From Eledone cirrhosa (Eukaryota): a stretch of 64,000 nt of DNA. The translations under genes were made by a program, and so were the position numbers. Below, piece by piece: positions 12,962 through 25,350 of the stretch. Numbering within the stretch: position 1 is the stretch's first letter; the number at the start of each line of letters is the position of its first letter. The stretch lies in NCBI GenBank assembly GCA_964016885.1, contig OZ024743.1, forward strand, positions 250,790,001-250,854,000, written 5' to 3'. Below the pieces are notes generated by a model, which made no database searches, was not told the DNA's origin, and saw only the letters and a list, made by a program, of their open reading frames with translations.

Positions 12962-15900
12962 TATATGGAAATATATATGCATGCACACACACTGGCACTC
13001 ATGTGTATATCTATATACACATATGAATATCAGAATAATAAGACGAGTATGTTTTATTTGGTTCATTTTCTGAGAGGCCTTGCTTAGGAGAATAGAAACA
13101 TCTCAGTGGAACGAGGATTTATGAAGGTGAAAATCTCTATAAAATTGGTTGTTGCTGCAATGATTTCACCTTAATAAATTGCACAACTTTCTTCTATAAA
13201 AGTAGGTGTCACTCTGGAAACATCCATTATTATTACTACTACTACTAATACTACCAATGATATTATTGTTGTTGTTGGTTGGTAAACTGTACTTTCTAGA
13301 CACAAACAGCAAGTCATTTTCATCTGTATGCACAAGTGATTTTCACTGGAATTACCCTCAAGAGAGAGAGAGAGACATACAACCAGTCACTATACATACA
13401 ATACACACAAGCAATGGCTTTCTGCTGTGTCGACAAAAAGAATCACACTGTTTGCAATTGTTTTTCTACAAATCTTTCGCAAAACTTTTGAACTTCTTCC
13501 AAGAAATTTGGCCACTAATAGGAAATAGATTTAGTTATGATTAATGGCCAAATTCCATACTTGTCTACGTTTTTCTGAAGTCTGTTACACTTTACTAAAG
13601 ACCAATAACCGAGAATGAATTGTTATTGCTTGCAAAGGAATGGCTTCTCTCTTGAGACTTGTCAATGTTGCACATCTTCTTGATCTACAGAATCCCCTGC
13701 TCTAAGAACATAATTTCAAGATGTTTCTCGTTATATCAATTATCTTACAGTGTTTATTATATCTATTATTATTATATTTATAAAACAGATAAGACTGAAG
13801 TTTAGGGCTCTTGCAGGGCAGTAGGAGCCTTGTCAATGTTTTGCTTTTATTATCTATTTATTTATTGCTGTAGTAGAGTGAAAGATTGAAGTACCAAAAA
13901 GCCCTGAAATATCTGAAAGATTAGGGGTTGGCCATGGTCGAATATGGCCCTGATTGCTAAAGCCATTAGAGCATTGGATTAAATGATTGAGTATTTGTTC
14001 CAGCCCTCTCTGCTTTGAGTTCAAATTCTATGAAGTCAAATTTGCCTTTCATTCTTTTAAGGATCAATACATTAAAGTACTGGGGTAGATTTAATTGACT
14101 TTCCCCCCTGCCTAAATTGCTGACCTTGGGTTAAACCTAGACTTTAAGGCAACGTTTTCCAGCCAGATGCCCTTCCTGACACCGACCCTTTTAGTTGCTG
14201 CTTAAACATATAAGAATACAGTGTACCTACTCTAAACCAGGTAAACACACACAAATATATATATATGTATGTATATATAGATATAAGAAGTATATCTAAG
14301 ATGAATACACCATATATAAAAGCAAATACACACACGCAGAGTCTGAAAGAGAGGACATCTTGCAGCTGGTCTTTAAATAAACTATCAAGATAAACAAAAT
14401 CTTTTAGTACATGGAAGTTACAAAAAGATTCAATCATAGAAACGTTTAGCTGCTTTATCATTGTCCTTGTTTTTTCATCGTTTTTATTATTTATGCCTCT
14501 TTTATTTCCTGTTGTCTTTCACTTTTTTTTTTCACTTGTTTTCTTTGTTTCTTAATAGTATGGGGTATTAGATACATCTTTTAGTCTGTTATGAAAATTC
14601 TACATTGTGAATGTTTTTTCACAAATTGACAATAGTTATAGAGTTAAGTTCTCAGCCATTAAAAAAATAAATATTTTTTTTTCACATTTTTCATTCCATT
14701 TCTATTTCTTCAAATATCACAATTTGTACCATTTTTCTCAGATTTCAAAACTGTTGTAAACATGTTAAATGTTAAAATACAATATTAACCTATAATATTT
14801 CAGACCAGAACAGCGATGGAAAAAGACAGCTGTACCAGATACATCAGTTGGTATGGGCCTACGATTATAATAGCAGCCTACTTTCTTGTGATTGAGATAA
14901 ATGTTGGCCATATGGAAAGGAATCACTGTATATACTTATGTAAAGTCGATCCAAATATAAACTGTTTCAGTATGTTTGTAAAAGTATATTGTGATAAACA
15001 CATTTAACTGGTTTTCAAGCCTAGTTGGGCTTTCATCAGAAGGCATGTCACCAAGAAACTTATAAAGCCTACAAACTTACTACTGTATCCAAGGACGAAT
15101 TGGGCAGATGTGATTTCAAGATGCTGAACCAAACAAAGAAAATGACTAAAGAAACAAGTGGAAATATATTGTACTAGATATTGTAATGAAGGTATTGATG
15201 GGGATACATGAAAACAGAGATACTTAACACTAACTTATATATTTGTAACCTTAAGTTAACTGAAGAAATATGTTAGAAGTATCAGCAATACTAGCACAAT
15301 AATAAGATAGGTAGGTAGCCATTGATAGAAAATAAATTAATTCAACACATAAATATATTCCCTCTTGTAAACATTTATTGTAACATTAAATGTTTGTTTG
15401 CCTGCAAACAAGTTCATATTCATTCTTGTTCTACTTCTACTACTACACACACAGTGTGTGTGTGTATATATATATGTATATACATATATATATATATATA
15501 CACACATATATAAATGGATATATATATATAAATGCACATATATAACCCATGCTAGTGTGGAAGATAGACGTTAAACGATGATGATGATGATGATGATATA
15601 TATATATGTAAACATATATATATATATATAAATGCATATATATATATATATACACATAAATAAATGCATATAGACATATAGATATATACACAGATCATCC
15701 TCATCATCATCATCATTTAACGTCTATCTTCTATTTTAGCATGGGTTAGACTATAAATGCATATATATATATATATATATATACATACATACATATATAA
15801 ATGCATATATATATATATATATATATACATATAAATGCATATATATATACATATATAAATGCATGTATATATATATATATATATATGTATGCATGTATGC

Positions 15901-16077
15901 TCATATATATACAAGCATGTATGTTTATATGTGTAAATATGACAAACCATATATATGTGTACATGTAACATTGATATTTTTCTATTAAATATGTTAGAAA
16001 CTTGTCAGTTTTTATTAAGACATTTAAATATACAATAATATAATGATATATAACAATCCAGTATATTAAATGTACAA

Positions 16078-16156
<79 letters not shown>

Positions 16157-16204
16157 TATATATATATATACATATAGATATATATACATATATATATATA
16201 TATA

Positions 16205-16365
16205 AGATCAAAAGATGGTTAAAGGAGTTCCATATATTTTATTATGCGCATTTCAAAAACAAACATCATCAAGCAATAATATTTGTGTTTTCATCAGATA
16301 AAACAGGAGAACATGATATGAAGGCTAAAAAACACTTGTTGATAGTGCAGTTTTAAATCAACATA
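16205..16365 (-). mobile_element. Short hammerhead-bearing element in (TA)n (second copy 48468-48698)
   Basis: About 160 bp almost identical to 48468-48630; both copies end at (TA)n at the same base. Confidence 0.8.
16237..16303 (-). ncRNA. Type I hammerhead, intact core
   Basis: Minus strand: TTTTAT CTGATGA AAACACAAATATTATT GCT TGATGATGTTTGTTTTT GAAA TGCGCA TA ATAAAA. Confidence 0.75.
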
Positions 16366-16372
16366 TATATAT

Positions 16373-16405
<33 letters not shown>

Positions 16406-16449
16406 AATATATATGTATATATATATATAAATATATAAATATATATATG

Positions 16450-16496
<47 letters not shown>

Positions 16497-16643
16497 TTGT
16501 GTGTGCATATATATATATATACATATATATGCCCCATCAGTACATCCACCACACACATTAAACTACTTCCTGCCCTCTCGACTTGTCCTAAAAAACTTTT
16601 CTTTCTTTAACCACCCAGTACCCTCTTTCTCCTAACTTTACTA

Positions 16644-16679
16644 TTTCCTGATGAAGGACTAATGTCTGATACATTGAAA
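16644..16679 (+). ncRNA. Decayed minimal hammerhead
   Basis: TTTC CTGATGA AGGAC TAAT GTCT GATA CATT GAAA; resembles 40850 and 55623. Confidence 0.45.
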
Positions 16680-16792
16680 CATTGCGTTTCTTTTCCATTT
16701 CCAGCAGGCATGAAACTATAATAAAACTGTGTAATTGTATCTCGGCATTCATTTTTTTTGTAATCTTGAATTATATATATATATATATATAT

Positions 16793-17166
16793 CACATAGC
16801 TTAGTGGTTAGAGCATTGGCCCTGCAATCGAAAGGTTGTGAGTTCAATTCTCAGACCGGGTGATGTGTTGTTTCCTTGAGCAAGACACTTTATTTCACAT
16901 TGCTCCAGTTTACTCAGCTGTAGAAATGAGATGATAGGACTGGGGTCCCTATCATTCCACTGCAAAGTGGTCGTGGAGGTGCCATGGCAAAAAAGCACCC
17001 AGCACTCACTGTAAAGTGGACGTGTAGGCGCCACAGAAAAAAGCACCCAGCACTCACTGTAAATGAGGTTGGTGTTAGGAAGGGCATCCAGCTGTAAAAA
17101 TCAAGCCAGAATCAGTTACTGTCCCGCCCTTGCAAGCAGGGAAAAGCAGACGTAAAATGATGATGA

Positions 17167-17170
<4 letters not shown>
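16793..17170 (+). mobile_element. tRNA-derived CORE-like SINE with RTE 3' tail
   Basis: tRNA-like head (TAGCTTAGTGG..GAGTTCAATTC), CORE-like body, then about 190 bp matching the RTE 3' UTR (reverse complement of 75-230), ending in (ATG)n. Confidence 0.88.
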
Positions 17171-17201
<31 letters not shown>

Positions 17202-17797
17202 AGTAAAATGTTTTTGTACTTCGATGTTTGTCATTTTTTATTATATACGTACATATATATATATACATATTTATTTGCACATTTATACATACACATGCAT
17301 ATATTCATACACGTACATACATACATACTTACATATACACAAAAACATATATATATGTGTGTGCGTGTGTACATACACACATATATATATACACACACAC
17401 ATTATACATACATGTATGTATGTATATCTATATATACACAGCCACATATCATATATATCTATTTATGTGTGTGTATATATTCCCGTAGCTAAGTCAATCA
17501 ATATATATATATAGTGTTCAGTATCTGCCAGAACTCTTCTAAAACACAATTGAGAATTCTGGCAGTGGAAATAACCATAAATATTCTCAGACTAACTAAA
17601 TATGACATAGATTATATAAAGTCCAATATATTTACCTTATTCATTTATCTTCCTTCAAATATATGTGTGTGTGTGTGTGTGTGTGTGCTCCTACTCTCCA
17701 CACATTACCATCACCAGTAATATCAAAACTATAATATTTAATGGGTGTGTGTGTATATATCATATGTATTATGTATATATTTTATATATATATATAT

Positions 17798-18354
17798 ATA
17801 GTGAGTACAGTGAATTTTTTAAAATTTATTTTGAAACTTTTTCTTATTTGCTAAACCTTGATTATATATGTTCTGGCTCGTTAATTTATTAACCTGCCAT
17901 TGAACCACATTGGCATATGGTTGGACAATACATGTGTCCCTAGATGCTTTTTGCGTGTAGGGATATATACTTTATTATTATTATTATCCTCTTGGGCGAG
18001 ATAAAATTTGGTCGTTCTGACTGCTGCTATTTATAGTGGTAGTAGACTGACCTCCCTGCCTCTGCTTCTATCTTTACACACGGCACTGGACAGAATTGCT
18101 CCCACATCATTCATTCTCATCTCGGGAACAATTTTGAATAGCGGCAGTTCGTAATTTGAACTCGGGAATTTTATATTCTCTGAGTGAAAAGAACATTCTG
18201 ACGAGAGTTTATCTTTTCAATGGAAGGCCGCAAGGACTGTCCATTTATTTTTGAGACTCGAAACCGATTCGGTAAAGGTAGCCATAGTGAGTACAGTGAA
18301 TTTTTAAAAATATATTTTGAAACTTTTTCTTATTTGCTAAACCTTGATTATATA
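17798..18354 (+). mobile_element. 486-bp monomer plus 70-bp terminal direct repeat, hammerhead-bearing, in (TA)n
   Basis: ATAGTGAGTACAGTGAA..AAACCTTGATTATAT at 17798-17868 and 18284-18354. Confidence 0.8.
18193..18279 (+). ncRNA. Type I hammerhead with extended stem II
   Basis: ACATT CTGACGA GAGTTT..AATGGA..CC GCAA GG..TCCATT..AGACTC GAAA CCG ATT CGG TA AAGGT. Confidence 0.75.
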
Positions 18355-18371
18355 TATATATATATATTTTA

Positions 18372-21300
18372 TATCATCATCATCATCATCATCAGGTTTA
18401 GCGTCCGTGTTCCACACTTGCATGGGTTTGGACGGGGGTTTTCCCACTTGAGGCAAGAGTGGTTGTCTTGCTCGCATAGGACTGTCTGGCGGGTTTTCTA
18501 CAGTTGGATGCCCTTCCTAACACCAACCACATTTACAGTGTGGGGCTGGGAGGTTTTTACCGTGTTGCCTACACGGCCACATTACAGCGTGGACTGTCTG
18601 GCGGGTTTTCTACAGCTGGATGCCCTTCCTAACACCAACCACATTTACAGTGTGGGGCTGGGAAGTTTTCACCGTGTTGCCTACACGGCCACATTTACAG
18701 CGTGGACTGTGTGTTTTTTGTCGTGACACCTACACGATCTCATTTGTTTCGGCCTGGATGTTGTGGGACCAACATAACTGTACATTGAAAGGGGCGGTGT
18801 GGATGGGGTGGAGGTGGTGGGACGGGGGGGTGTTTTGATAGAGATGCCTACTGACTGTAGTAGGTTTTTTACTTTGTATTTAGGTAAGGCGAGTCTTCTC
18901 TATTACTGAGTACCGCCAAAGGTCTCGGTCCAGTGACATTGTCTTGGAGAGGTGTAAGCGTGTGAGATCGGAATTTATCAGCTCGTCCCATGTTTTTCTG
19001 GGTCTGCCTACTCCGTGGCTACCGTCTATCTTTATTGCCCTGCACTTTGTTATACAACTGTCGTCTTTCATGCGCATCACGTGACCGTACCAACGTAGCC
19101 TTCTCTCGAGTAAACAACATCTGATCCCTCTTATTTCTAATTTTTTCCTTAGTTCGTTTATGCTTTGCCGTTCACGTATATTACTATTGCACATCCAGCG
19201 GAGTATGCAAGCTTCGTTCCTCTCTAGTCTGCGTATATCCTCTGCACACAATGCCCAGGTCTCACTGCCATGCAGCATTGCTGTTCATATGCAGGCATCG
19301 TATAACCTGCCTTTCATTTTTAGGGAGAACCCTCTAGCGGCTAATAGTGGTATAAGCTCTCTGAACTTTTTCCATCCAGTTCTGACTCTAGCTACTGTAC
19401 TTTCAGAGCACCCTCCCCCACTGCTGATTTTGTCACCCAGGTAACGGAAGCTGTCCACTATTTCTATAGAACCCTCTGCGCAGTTGAAGGAGCTAGTATT
19501 TTGTGGGCACTTGCTGCTACTTATTGCACCAGAGCACCGGCCACATGTAAAATCTATGTTCTTAGTTAGCTTACCTGTGATCCCACTACATCTTTTATGC
19601 ACCCATACTTTGCATTTGGGACATAAAATGGAGTTTCTACCTACGCCTTTCCTACACACTGAGCATGGCCATTTCCCAGATGGGACTGCCGCCTTATTTT
19701 CTTTCCTACAAACTAGAACTTTAGTCTTAGCCAGGTTAATTTTAAGGCCTTTTGATTCTAGGCCGTGCTTCCATGTTTGGAATTTCTTCTCTAGTTCGGT
19801 CATTGATTCAGCTATGAGCGTTAGATCATCTGCGTATAGGAGTTCCCATGGGCAGCCGGTCTTGAACTCCTCTGTTATAGCTTGAAGGGCAATAATAAAT
19901 AGTAGGGGGCTAAGAACAGAGCCCTGATGGACACCAACTTTTACGCTAAACTCTTCACTATATTCGTTGTTAATTCTAACCTTACTGACTGTTTCTTTAT
20001 ACATGGCTTGTATAGCTCTCACAAGCCATTCGTCAACACCTAGTTTTCTAAGAGACCACCAGATAATGGAACGAGGGACTCTGTCGAAGGCTTTCTCCAA
20101 GTCGACGAAAGCTAAGTATAGGGGTTTACTTTTAGCTAGGTACTTCTCCTGTAGTTGTCGTACAATGAAAAGAGCATCTGTGGTACTTTTGCCTGACACA
20201 AATCCGAACTGCATTTCATCTAGATCAATTCTCTCTCTGATTAGTTGCGCTATTACTTTTTCCGTGACCTTCATGACCTGGTCAATTAATTTAATGCCTC
20301 TATAGTTACTCCTATCTAGGGCATCTCCTTTTCCCTTATAGCAGTTAACGATGATGCTGCTACGCCAGTCCTTCGGAACAACCCCATTCTGTACGACTTG
20401 GTTAACTATCCGGGTGACCATGGTGTGTCCCACTGAACCAGATGCCTTCAGCATCTCAGCAACTATTTCCGAAGGACCAGCCGCCTTACCCGTCTTCATA
20501 TCTTTGATTGCCTTGCTTATTGTACTACCCTGGACTAAAACTGCTGGTCCCTCTATTGGGTCGATGTGGGGGAGACTGTCTTTCTCCCATTTGTTCTCCT
20601 CATTTAGAAGCCTTTCGTAGTGACACTTCCAAGCTACCTTCTTATCAGCGTCGGTGATGGCAAGTATGCCATCATCGGTAAGCACACACTTCTCCCCGAC
20701 AATATCACGGTTTTCCTTGACACATTGCCTGGCAATCCTGAACACCTCACGTTTTTGGTCCTCACGTTGTAGAACATGCTTGAACTTTCTTTCCTCTGCT
20801 TCCCTTCTTGCGAAGTACACTTGTCTCCTAGCTTCCCTCCTGGCCACCTGATAGTCTTCTCTACTTCCCCCATCCCGCCATGCTTTCCAAGCCTGCTTTT
20901 TGGCCTTAATTGACTCCTCCACCTTACTGTTCCACCACCATGTTACTCTCCTCCTACCTACAGGCCTGCTCCAGCCACAGACTTCGTCTGCCGCCATCAG
21001 CAGATTTGCTCTCAGGAATTCCCACTGTTCCTCTATATTATACGACTCTAATTGCTCTTCCTTACTGTCGAAAGCGTCAAGTAATATGCTTTGAAATTTA
21101 TTTCTGGCTATGGGGTCCTTTAGCTTCCATATTTTTCTCCTGAGGATAGTCCTCTTCCGCTGTCTAGTACGTCTCGTCCTGACTATGAGGTCGCTAATTA
21201 TCAGTCTATGTTGGGAGGTGAATTCTTCATGGGGGAGGGATTTAGTGTTAACAACAGACACTCTGTCACGTCTTCTGGTAAGGATATAATCTACCTGGCT

Positions 21301-21927
21301 TGTGTGTTCCCCCGATCTATAGGTGATCAAGTGATTGTCTCCTTTTTTGAAGTTAGTGTTACAAATAGTTAAGTTATTTGCGTCGCAGAATTCCAGGATT
21401 CTGGAGCCTTCCTCATTTCTAGTACCGAACCCATAGCCTCCATGGATTCCGTCATAGCCGTCACAATGCTGTCCAACGTGACCATTTAGGTCGCCTGCAA
21501 TAACTATATAGTCACTGTCGGTTATTTGGGAGGTAGCGAGCATCAGTGTCTCGTAGAATCTGTCTTTTATAGCACCGGGCAGCCCGGATTGTGGTGCGTA
21601 CGCAGATATTACTGTCACCGTAGTTTTATTGAGGACAAGTCTTATTTTAATTATTCTGTCGTTCACTCTATTTACGTCTATTATCTTATCTGCCCACTTT
21701 TCTGCTACCATGATTCCTACCCCACCCAACCCATTGTCATTTCCCACCCAGAAAAGCTTATAGCATCGTTCTTTACCCACGATGAATCTAGCCGACCCTC
21801 CCCTCCACCTGGTCTCTTGAATACAACAAACATCGACCTCCTTACGTTCAAGCATTTCTACAACCTCGTTAGAGCGACCCTTTAAGGTGCCTACATTCAT
21901 GGTACCAACTCTGAAGTTTTGGATTGC

Positions 21928-21930
<3 letters not shown>
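18372..21930 (-). mobile_element. RTE-clade LINE, nearly intact
   Basis: 871-aa APE-RT ORF continues in frame after one TGA (19285-19287, likely from CGA) into 18880-19278. The 3' UTR has an internal duplication and an (ATG)n tail. The 5' end abuts (TA)n. Confidence 0.95.
18880..21900 (-). pseudogene. RTE APE-RT-PHD polyprotein with one premature stop
   Basis: NVGTL..QETRW..GDLNGH..VDYIL..SQH; RT motifs YADD and YLG; Cys4-His-Cys3 finger. Confidence 0.9.
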
Positions 21931-21975
<45 letters not shown>

Positions 21976-21999
21976 TATATATACATATATATATATATA

Positions 22000-22177
22000 T
22001 TGTTATACATGGGGAGGGTCATATTTGCGTAATATTGCCAGAATTAATAACAGAACACACTCACTGTTTGGTTGGTTTTCGCTTCTCGCTGTCTTTTATA
22101 TCTGCGATCTAACTTACTCGGTCCTCAATGTTACCATTGACTGACCGACGGTAAAAAATAAACCAATTCATCGCCGC
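22000..22177. repeat. TA-flanked dispersed repeat (partial copy at 48738-48838)
   Basis: TGTTATAC.TGGG.AGGGTCATAT..CAGAACACACTCACTGTTTGGTTGGTTTTCGCTTCT is shared by both copies. Confidence 0.7.
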
Positions 22178-22181
22178 TATA

Positions 22182-22224
<43 letters not shown>

Positions 22225-22256
22225 CATATATATATATATTTTATATATATTATATA

Positions 22257-22324
<68 letters not shown>

Positions 22325-22457
22325 TATATATTTTATATATAAATATTATGTATGCATATATATATATATATATTTTATATATAAATATTATGTATGCATA
22401 TATATATATATGTATTTATATATATATATTTTATATATATATGTATAAATATATATA

Positions 22458-22488
<31 letters not shown>

Positions 22489-22728
22489 GATATATATATA
22501 TTTGATATACAGTATTTACGTATCGAGAGAGAGAAAAAAAAGGGGAGGATAGGTGATACATATAGTTATTTGCCCAGTAGCGTATGCCAAAGGTGCTCGA
22601 TACTAGTGCCTGCAGTATTAAATATTCGAAGTGTTAATATTTAGTGAGCTAGAGAGTTAGCAGAGCGTAAGCACGTGGGAAAGTAAGGAATCGGAAAATA
22701 GACCGTTAAAACATGTTTATTTAAAACA

Positions 22729-22768
22729 GCACCTACGTACGTTTCGCCCGGTTGGGCTTCTCAAGGGC
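22729..22768 (-). ncRNA. Compact type I hammerhead, U3-A8 variant
   Basis: Minus strand: GCCC TTGAGAA GCCC AACC GGGC GAAA CGTACG TA GGTGC. Confidence 0.72.
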
Positions 22769-22982
22769 ATAAATAATCAAAAGTGTTTCTTACATTGCTC
22801 GGAATTTGATATATATATGTATAAATAAATATATATATCATCATATATATTATATGTATACATATATATATATTTATATATATATATATGATATATATAT
22901 ATTTGATATATATATATATGTATAAATAAATATATATATCATCATATATATATATAAATATATATATCATCATATATATCTT

Positions 22983-23155
22983 CACCATCCACCACCTTCA
23001 CCACCAACACAACCACCACCACCATCGCCACCATCAGTCACCATCCACCACCACCACCATCACCATCACTGACACCATCGACCACCTCCACCACTACCAC
23101 CACCACCACTATGACTGACACCATCCACCACCATCACCATGACTGACACCATCAC
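22983..23155. repeat. (CAC)n-rich simple repeat
   Basis: Visible CACCAC/CACCAT runs. Confidence 0.85.
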
Positions 23156-23263
23156 TAGCGTAAAGCAAACAATTATTATTATTATTATTATTATATAAAA
23201 ACTGAACTGGACTGGGAAAAGTCAACAGTTGACATGATTTTGATTTTGTATCAGTACTGCTGG

Positions 23264-23303
<40 letters not shown>

Positions 23304-23399
23304 ATGTGAGTGGTGTGTGTGTTTGTATGCAGGAGTGTTGGTGTGTGAGTGGCGTGTGTGTCGTGTCAATAAGTGTTTTTTTTTTATGACCATGCTGTA

Positions 23400-24996
23400 A
23401 AATGGAGGGTTAGAGAAGGCCCTTGAGTCTAGTAAGACATCCTCTCTAGTGCTGGTGGCACAAATAAAAGCACCCAGTCCATGCTGTAAAGTGGCGCTGG
23501 TGTTAGGGAGGGCATCCAACCAGTGTATCAATGCCAAAGCGCTTGGCAGCACAGCAAAAATAGATAGGAACAACAAAATTTGAAGACGTCGCATCTCAGA
23601 GTTGCAACACTTAATGTTGGCACTCTCAGAGGTAGATCTGCTGAAATAGCGGAGATGCTGGAGAGAAGGCATGTGGGTGTGTGCTCCCCAAGCAGGCCTA
23701 GGCAAAGATGAGAAAGACTGCTTTTACGAGCAACTTTTACAAACAACCGCAATGATAGAGGACGGAGACATCGTTATGCTAGCAGGGGACTTCAATGGTC
23801 ATGTTGGACAGCTCCAGGATGGTTCCACTGGGGTACATGGTGGGCACGGTTACGGCTCAAGAAATGAAGAAGGAGTGAGACTTCTTGAATTTTGTGATGC
23901 AAGTACACTGACTATTTGCAACACAAACTTCCAGAAACCTGCTAATCATCTAATAACCTACAAATCTGGCGAGCACATAAGCCAGATTGACTTCTTACTA
24001 GTTAGGCAGTGGGACAGGCAGATAGTGTCTAATACCAAGGCATACCCTGGGGAAGAATGTACCCCACAGCATAGGTTAGTTGTTAGTGATATCTCAGTAA
24101 GCAAGAGATGGAATGAGACATATAGGAAGGTGTGGAGAAGAAAGGTCTGGAAGCTAAAAGGCCTTTCACTAAAATACAAATTTAGGAAAGCCCTTCAAGA
24201 TGTATATGACGAAAAAGAAGACGATTTAGAGACGTATGACATAGATAATAACTGGAATTTCTTACGTGACAACTTGCTGAAGGCTACTGATGAAACTTGT
24301 GGCTGGAGCAGAACTCCGACCAGACAGAAAGTGACCTGGTGGTGGAACAGCACAGTAGATAAGGCCATTAGAGACAAAAGACTAGCATGGAAGGCTTGGA
24401 AAAAGGGTGGGAGTAGGGAAGAATATACAGCCACTAAGAGAGAAGCTAGACATTATGTGTACTTAGCACGCAGGGAGGCTGAGATTAGGAGGTTTGCCAA
24501 TGTTCTGTGACAGGAAGATCAGAGGCGTGCGGTGTTCCCCATTGCAAGGAAGTGTGTCAATGCAAATCAGGATGTTGTTGGAGATAAATGTGTTCGGGAT
24601 GATGCCAGTGTACTTAGTGTCACGAATGATCAGAAAAAGGAGGCCTGGAAATGTCATTATGAGAGACTGATGAATGTGGAGAACAAATGGGAGAGAGAGA
24701 AATTACCCTTAGTAGATCCGACAGAGGGACCAGCTATTGAGATTGACAAATATAGGGTCCAAGAGGCGATTAAGGAAATGAAAAATGGTAAGGCTGCTGG
24801 ACGATTGGGAATAGTTGCTGAGATGCTGAAGGCATCAGGGGATGTAGGCACTAAACTTGTTGCACCCATCATCAATCAGGCTATATATGGTGGTGTCATA
24901 CCCAAAGACTGGTGCAGCAGTATTCTCATAAATTGCTACAAAGGTAAAAGGGATGCTCTGGAGAGGAGCAATTATAGGGGTATAAAACTGAACTGA
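23400..24996 (+). mobile_element. Decayed RTE LINE 5' half (APE domain, internal deletion), preceded by an RTE 3'-UTR fragment
   Basis: LRVATLNVGTLRGRSAEIAEMLERR joins directly to APQAGL..AGDFNGH..NYRGIKL. 23460-23525 matches the RTE 3' UTR motif. Confidence 0.88.
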
Positions 24997-25212
24997 TATC
25001 TCCAGGTTTATCACAAGGGGGGTTGGGGTTGACACTAGATGATATTACTCCCCTACTACTCTAAGGTACACCTGTTTTACCATCTTTTTTATAAAACTTT
25101 ATGGTGATATGCTAATTCAGAATCTCTGCTTTGGAATGTGCCAAAGTCCACCGCCCCACAGTCCACTGATCAATAAATCTTGGTGATAGATCTGGTCCTC
25201 TCAACACTTTTT

Positions 25213-25350
25213 GGCATGTGGCTTAGTAGTTAGAGTGTTAGGCTCACAATTATAAGATTGTGAATTCCACTCATGGATCAGCTGGCCCATTGTGTTCTTT
25301 TGCAAGATACTTTATGTCATGTTGCTCCAGTTTACTCAACTGGAAAATTT
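25213..25350 (+). mobile_element. Decayed CORE-like SINE
   Basis: GGCATGTGGCTTAGTAGTTAGAG..GCAAGATACTTTAT..GCTCCAGTTTACTCAACTG; a similar copy lies at 29767-29895. Confidence 0.65.

Noticed and set aside
14804-14850. Possible 47-nt host exon (TTTCAG..GTATGG)
   Set aside because: Splice-like signals only; no homology or partner exons can be shown.
16793-16860. tRNA gene
   Set aside because: No acceptor stem closure; continues into a SINE body and LINE-derived tail.
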